Below, in pieces: positions 62,109 through 64,000 of a DNA stretch of 64,000 bases. Position numbers and translations under genes: made by a program. Each line of letters opens with the position of its first letter. Within the stretch, counting starts at the first letter, position 1. The stretch is from Myxococcota bacterium (lineage in GTDB: Bacteria; Myxococcota_A; UBA796; CAJQPC01): contig JAZAMN010000048.1 in NCBI GenBank assembly GCA_036229005.1, positions 1 to 64,000 on the forward strand, written 5' to 3'. The notes under the pieces were generated by a model. It had not been told where the DNA came from, did no database searches, and worked only from the letters and a program-made list of their open reading frames with translations.

Positions 62109-62581
62109 GCATGGCCAGTCTGCTGCTGGGGGCCACCCTGGGCCCGGCTCCCGCGACCATCGCCGAGATCTCGCTGGACTTCGAGGAGTCCGAGCCCCAG
62201 AGCTGGGTGCTCGTGGAGACGCAGCGTTGGGAGGGCAAGTCCCTCGCTGGCGCCGCAGAGCAGCAGGATCCCATCACCACCCAGCTCACCCCGAAGGTGA
62301 AGCGGGATGCGGGGGTGGAGACGATCCAGCTCTCCGGCTACCACCTCTCCGAGCACGAGCAGCCCGGGGACACGCGCGTCACGGGGGTCCTGCTCCTGAC
62401 CGTGTCCGGCGACTCCGTGAGCGGCTTCTGGTACGAGGACCACCAGGAGGTGCCGACCATGCTGTGGAGCGTGACGGGCACCTGGGAGCGCTCGGGCAAG
62501 GGCGGCGCGCTCAAGCTGGCGCTGGCGCCAGTGGATGGTGGGCCGACGGGCAGCGCGACGGGGCTGATGCGCCAGGACTGA
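62105..62581 (+). CDS. Hypothetical exported protein
   Basis: ATGA overlap with the LysM gene; hydrophobic N-terminus. Confidence 0.65.
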   Translation: MSMASLLLGATLGPAPATIAEISLDFEESEPQSWVLVETQRWEGKSLAGAAEQQDPITTQLTPKVKRDAGVETIQLSGYHLSEHEQPGDTRVTGVLLLTVSGDSVSGFWYEDHQEVPTMLWSVTGTWERSGKGGALKLALAPVDGGPTGSATGLMRQD

Positions 62582-62596
62582 GTGGCCGGGGATCCC

Positions 62597-63928
62597 TCAG
62601 AAGTAGATGCGGCTCTGGAGGAAGAGCTGGCTGGGGTAGAAGCCCAGCTCTGAGTTCACCCCCAGGTGCTCGTAGAGCGCGTCCCCTTCGTAGAGGGCTC
62701 CCGTGTCGGGGTCGAGGAGATCGGTGAGCTCGAGCTCGTCGGGGCGCGCACCCAGCCCGTAGAAGCCGCCGGCGCTGACGACCACGTTGTCGCTCACAGA
62801 CCACGAGATGCCGGGGACCAACAGGGCGCTGGGGTCGGTCAGGTTGCCGATGACGGCGAGGTTGGCGTGGACCAGGGGGGTGATCTCCTGGGAGACGGAC
62901 ATCGAGCCGTAGAGCACGCCCGCCAGCCAGAGCTCGCCGCGGGCGTAGCGGTCCCCGGTGAGCTGGCCCAGGTACTCGTCGGGGTCGGTGGTGCCCAGGG
63001 TCTGCAGGTAGAGCTCGCCGGTGAGGGTGGTCTTGGCGCCGGGCCGCCACAGGGCGCTGGTGGCCACGCGGAAGAAGGGGTCCTCGGCGTCGCGATCGGC
63101 GGGCAGGGTGTAGGTGGCGTCGGCGGTGAGGCCCACGGGGCCGGCGTAGGTCGCCAGGGTGGCGCCGAAGACCTCGTCGCCTCGGATCTCGCCGAACATC
63201 AGGCCGACGTCGTTCCGGAAGAAGGTGCGCTGGGCGTAGAGGGCGTAGACCATGTCCTGGGTCCCCCAGTCGCCGGGGTCGTCCTGGTCCAGAGTGGCCG
63301 GGAGGAAGTCGCTGCCTGCCCAGGCGGCGACGGCGGTGATCTGGGTGGAGAAGCCAAAGAAGAGGTCCACGCGGGCGGCGTCGACGCCGGGCTTGTACTC
63401 CTGGTCGATGGTGGTCGGGAAGAAGGGCGCGACCAGGTCCAGGGGGGCGAAGCCGAGGCCGTTGCCCAGGGTCACGGGTTGGCGGCCCACGGTGACGCGC
63501 GCCGGGCCCCCCTGCCAGCGCAGCCAGAGCCGGTCGGTGCGGCCCTGAAGGGTGAGGGCATCGTCGCCGCGGGCGGGGTCCCGGTTCTCCCAGGCGACCC
63601 AGGTGGCGTCCAGCAGCTCAGGGGCTTGGAGGCCCACACCGGCGGAGGCCAGGCCGCTGGCGGCGCTGGGGGTGCGGAGGGTGACGGCGTGGTGGGCCTC
63701 GGCGGAGAGGGGCCCCCAGTCGGCGCTGAGCTTGAGGCGGGCGTCGTGGATGCCGGAGGCGGTGGGGTCGGCGGGCAGCACGCCGAAGCTCTGGAGCAGC
63801 GCGTTCTCATAGGGCGCGCTGACCACCAGAAAGCTCTTGAGGTCGCCGTGGATCTCCCCCGTCGGGCGGCCCCAGCCGGACTCGGGGGGCTCCTGCGCCA
63901 GGGCAGCGCCCAGCAGCCACCAGCTCAC
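62597..63928 (-). CDS. Putative outer-membrane beta-barrel protein
   Basis: Signal peptide, VTVGRQPVTLG, KPGVDAAR and terminal YF. Confidence 0.7.
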   Translation of the reverse strand: MSWWLLGAALAQEPPESGWGRPTGEIHGDLKSFLVVSAPYENALLQSFGVLPADPTASGIHDARLKLSADWGPLSAEAHHAVTLRTPSAASGLASAGVGLQAPELLDATWVAWENRDPARGDDALTLQGRTDRLWLRWQGGPARVTVGRQPVTLGNGLGFAPLDLVAPFFPTTIDQEYKPGVDAARVDLFFGFSTQITAVAAWAGSDFLPATLDQDDPGDWGTQDMVYALYAQRTFFRNDVGLMFGEIRGDEVFGATLATYAGPVGLTADATYTLPADRDAEDPFFRVATSALWRPGAKTTLTGELYLQTLGTTDPDEYLGQLTGDRYARGELWLAGVLYGSMSVSQEITPLVHANLAVIGNLTDPSALLVPGISWSVSDNVVVSAGGFYGLGARPDELELTDLLDPDTGALYEGDALYEHLGVNSELGFYPSQLFLQSRIYF

Positions 63929-64000
63929 TTGCGGATGTCCTCGACGATCTGCCCGTCCACCAGCTTGAGCACGCGCTTGGCAGCGTGCATGACCTTGGGG
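63925..64000 (-). CDS. C-terminus of an ABC transporter ATP-binding protein (partial)
   Basis: ...PKVMHAAKRVLKLVDGQIVEDIRK*, a LolD/MacB-type ending. Confidence 0.7.
   Translation of the reverse strand, partial: PKVMHAAKRVLKLVDGQIVEDIRK

Overview
High-GC bacterial DNA, most likely Myxococcota (MYXO-CTERM-like tails, an ElbD-type ether-lipid enzyme, Ser/Thr kinases). It holds about 57 genes and no rRNA, tRNA, CRISPR array or transposase. Main blocks: (i) an aromatic-CoA region with a BzdR/BoxR-type regulator, boxC-boxB, an hcrCAB-like molybdoenzyme, DUF4863 and a distant benzoate-CoA ligase, but no boxA; (ii) an MNIO (DUF692)/DUF2063 RiPP locus with a Cys-rich lipoprotein precursor, followed by an HTTM gene pair; (iii) a DprE2/DprE1-like pair; (iv) an ADP-ribosylglycohydrolase gene broken by two related ~175-bp five-hairpin insertions, convergent on a rhodanese plus SBD-HNH nuclease pair; (v) an ether-lipid (elb) operon; (vi) a TonB receptor with a Fur-like box and a LysM/Cys-His protein plus partner. 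The most unusual signal is the pair of structured insertions: their stems show compensatory changes and an internal dinucleotide tracks the duplicated flank dinucleotide. A REP-like 31-bp array and many apparently leaderless genes are also present. All functional calls come from motif recognition by eye, not database searches.
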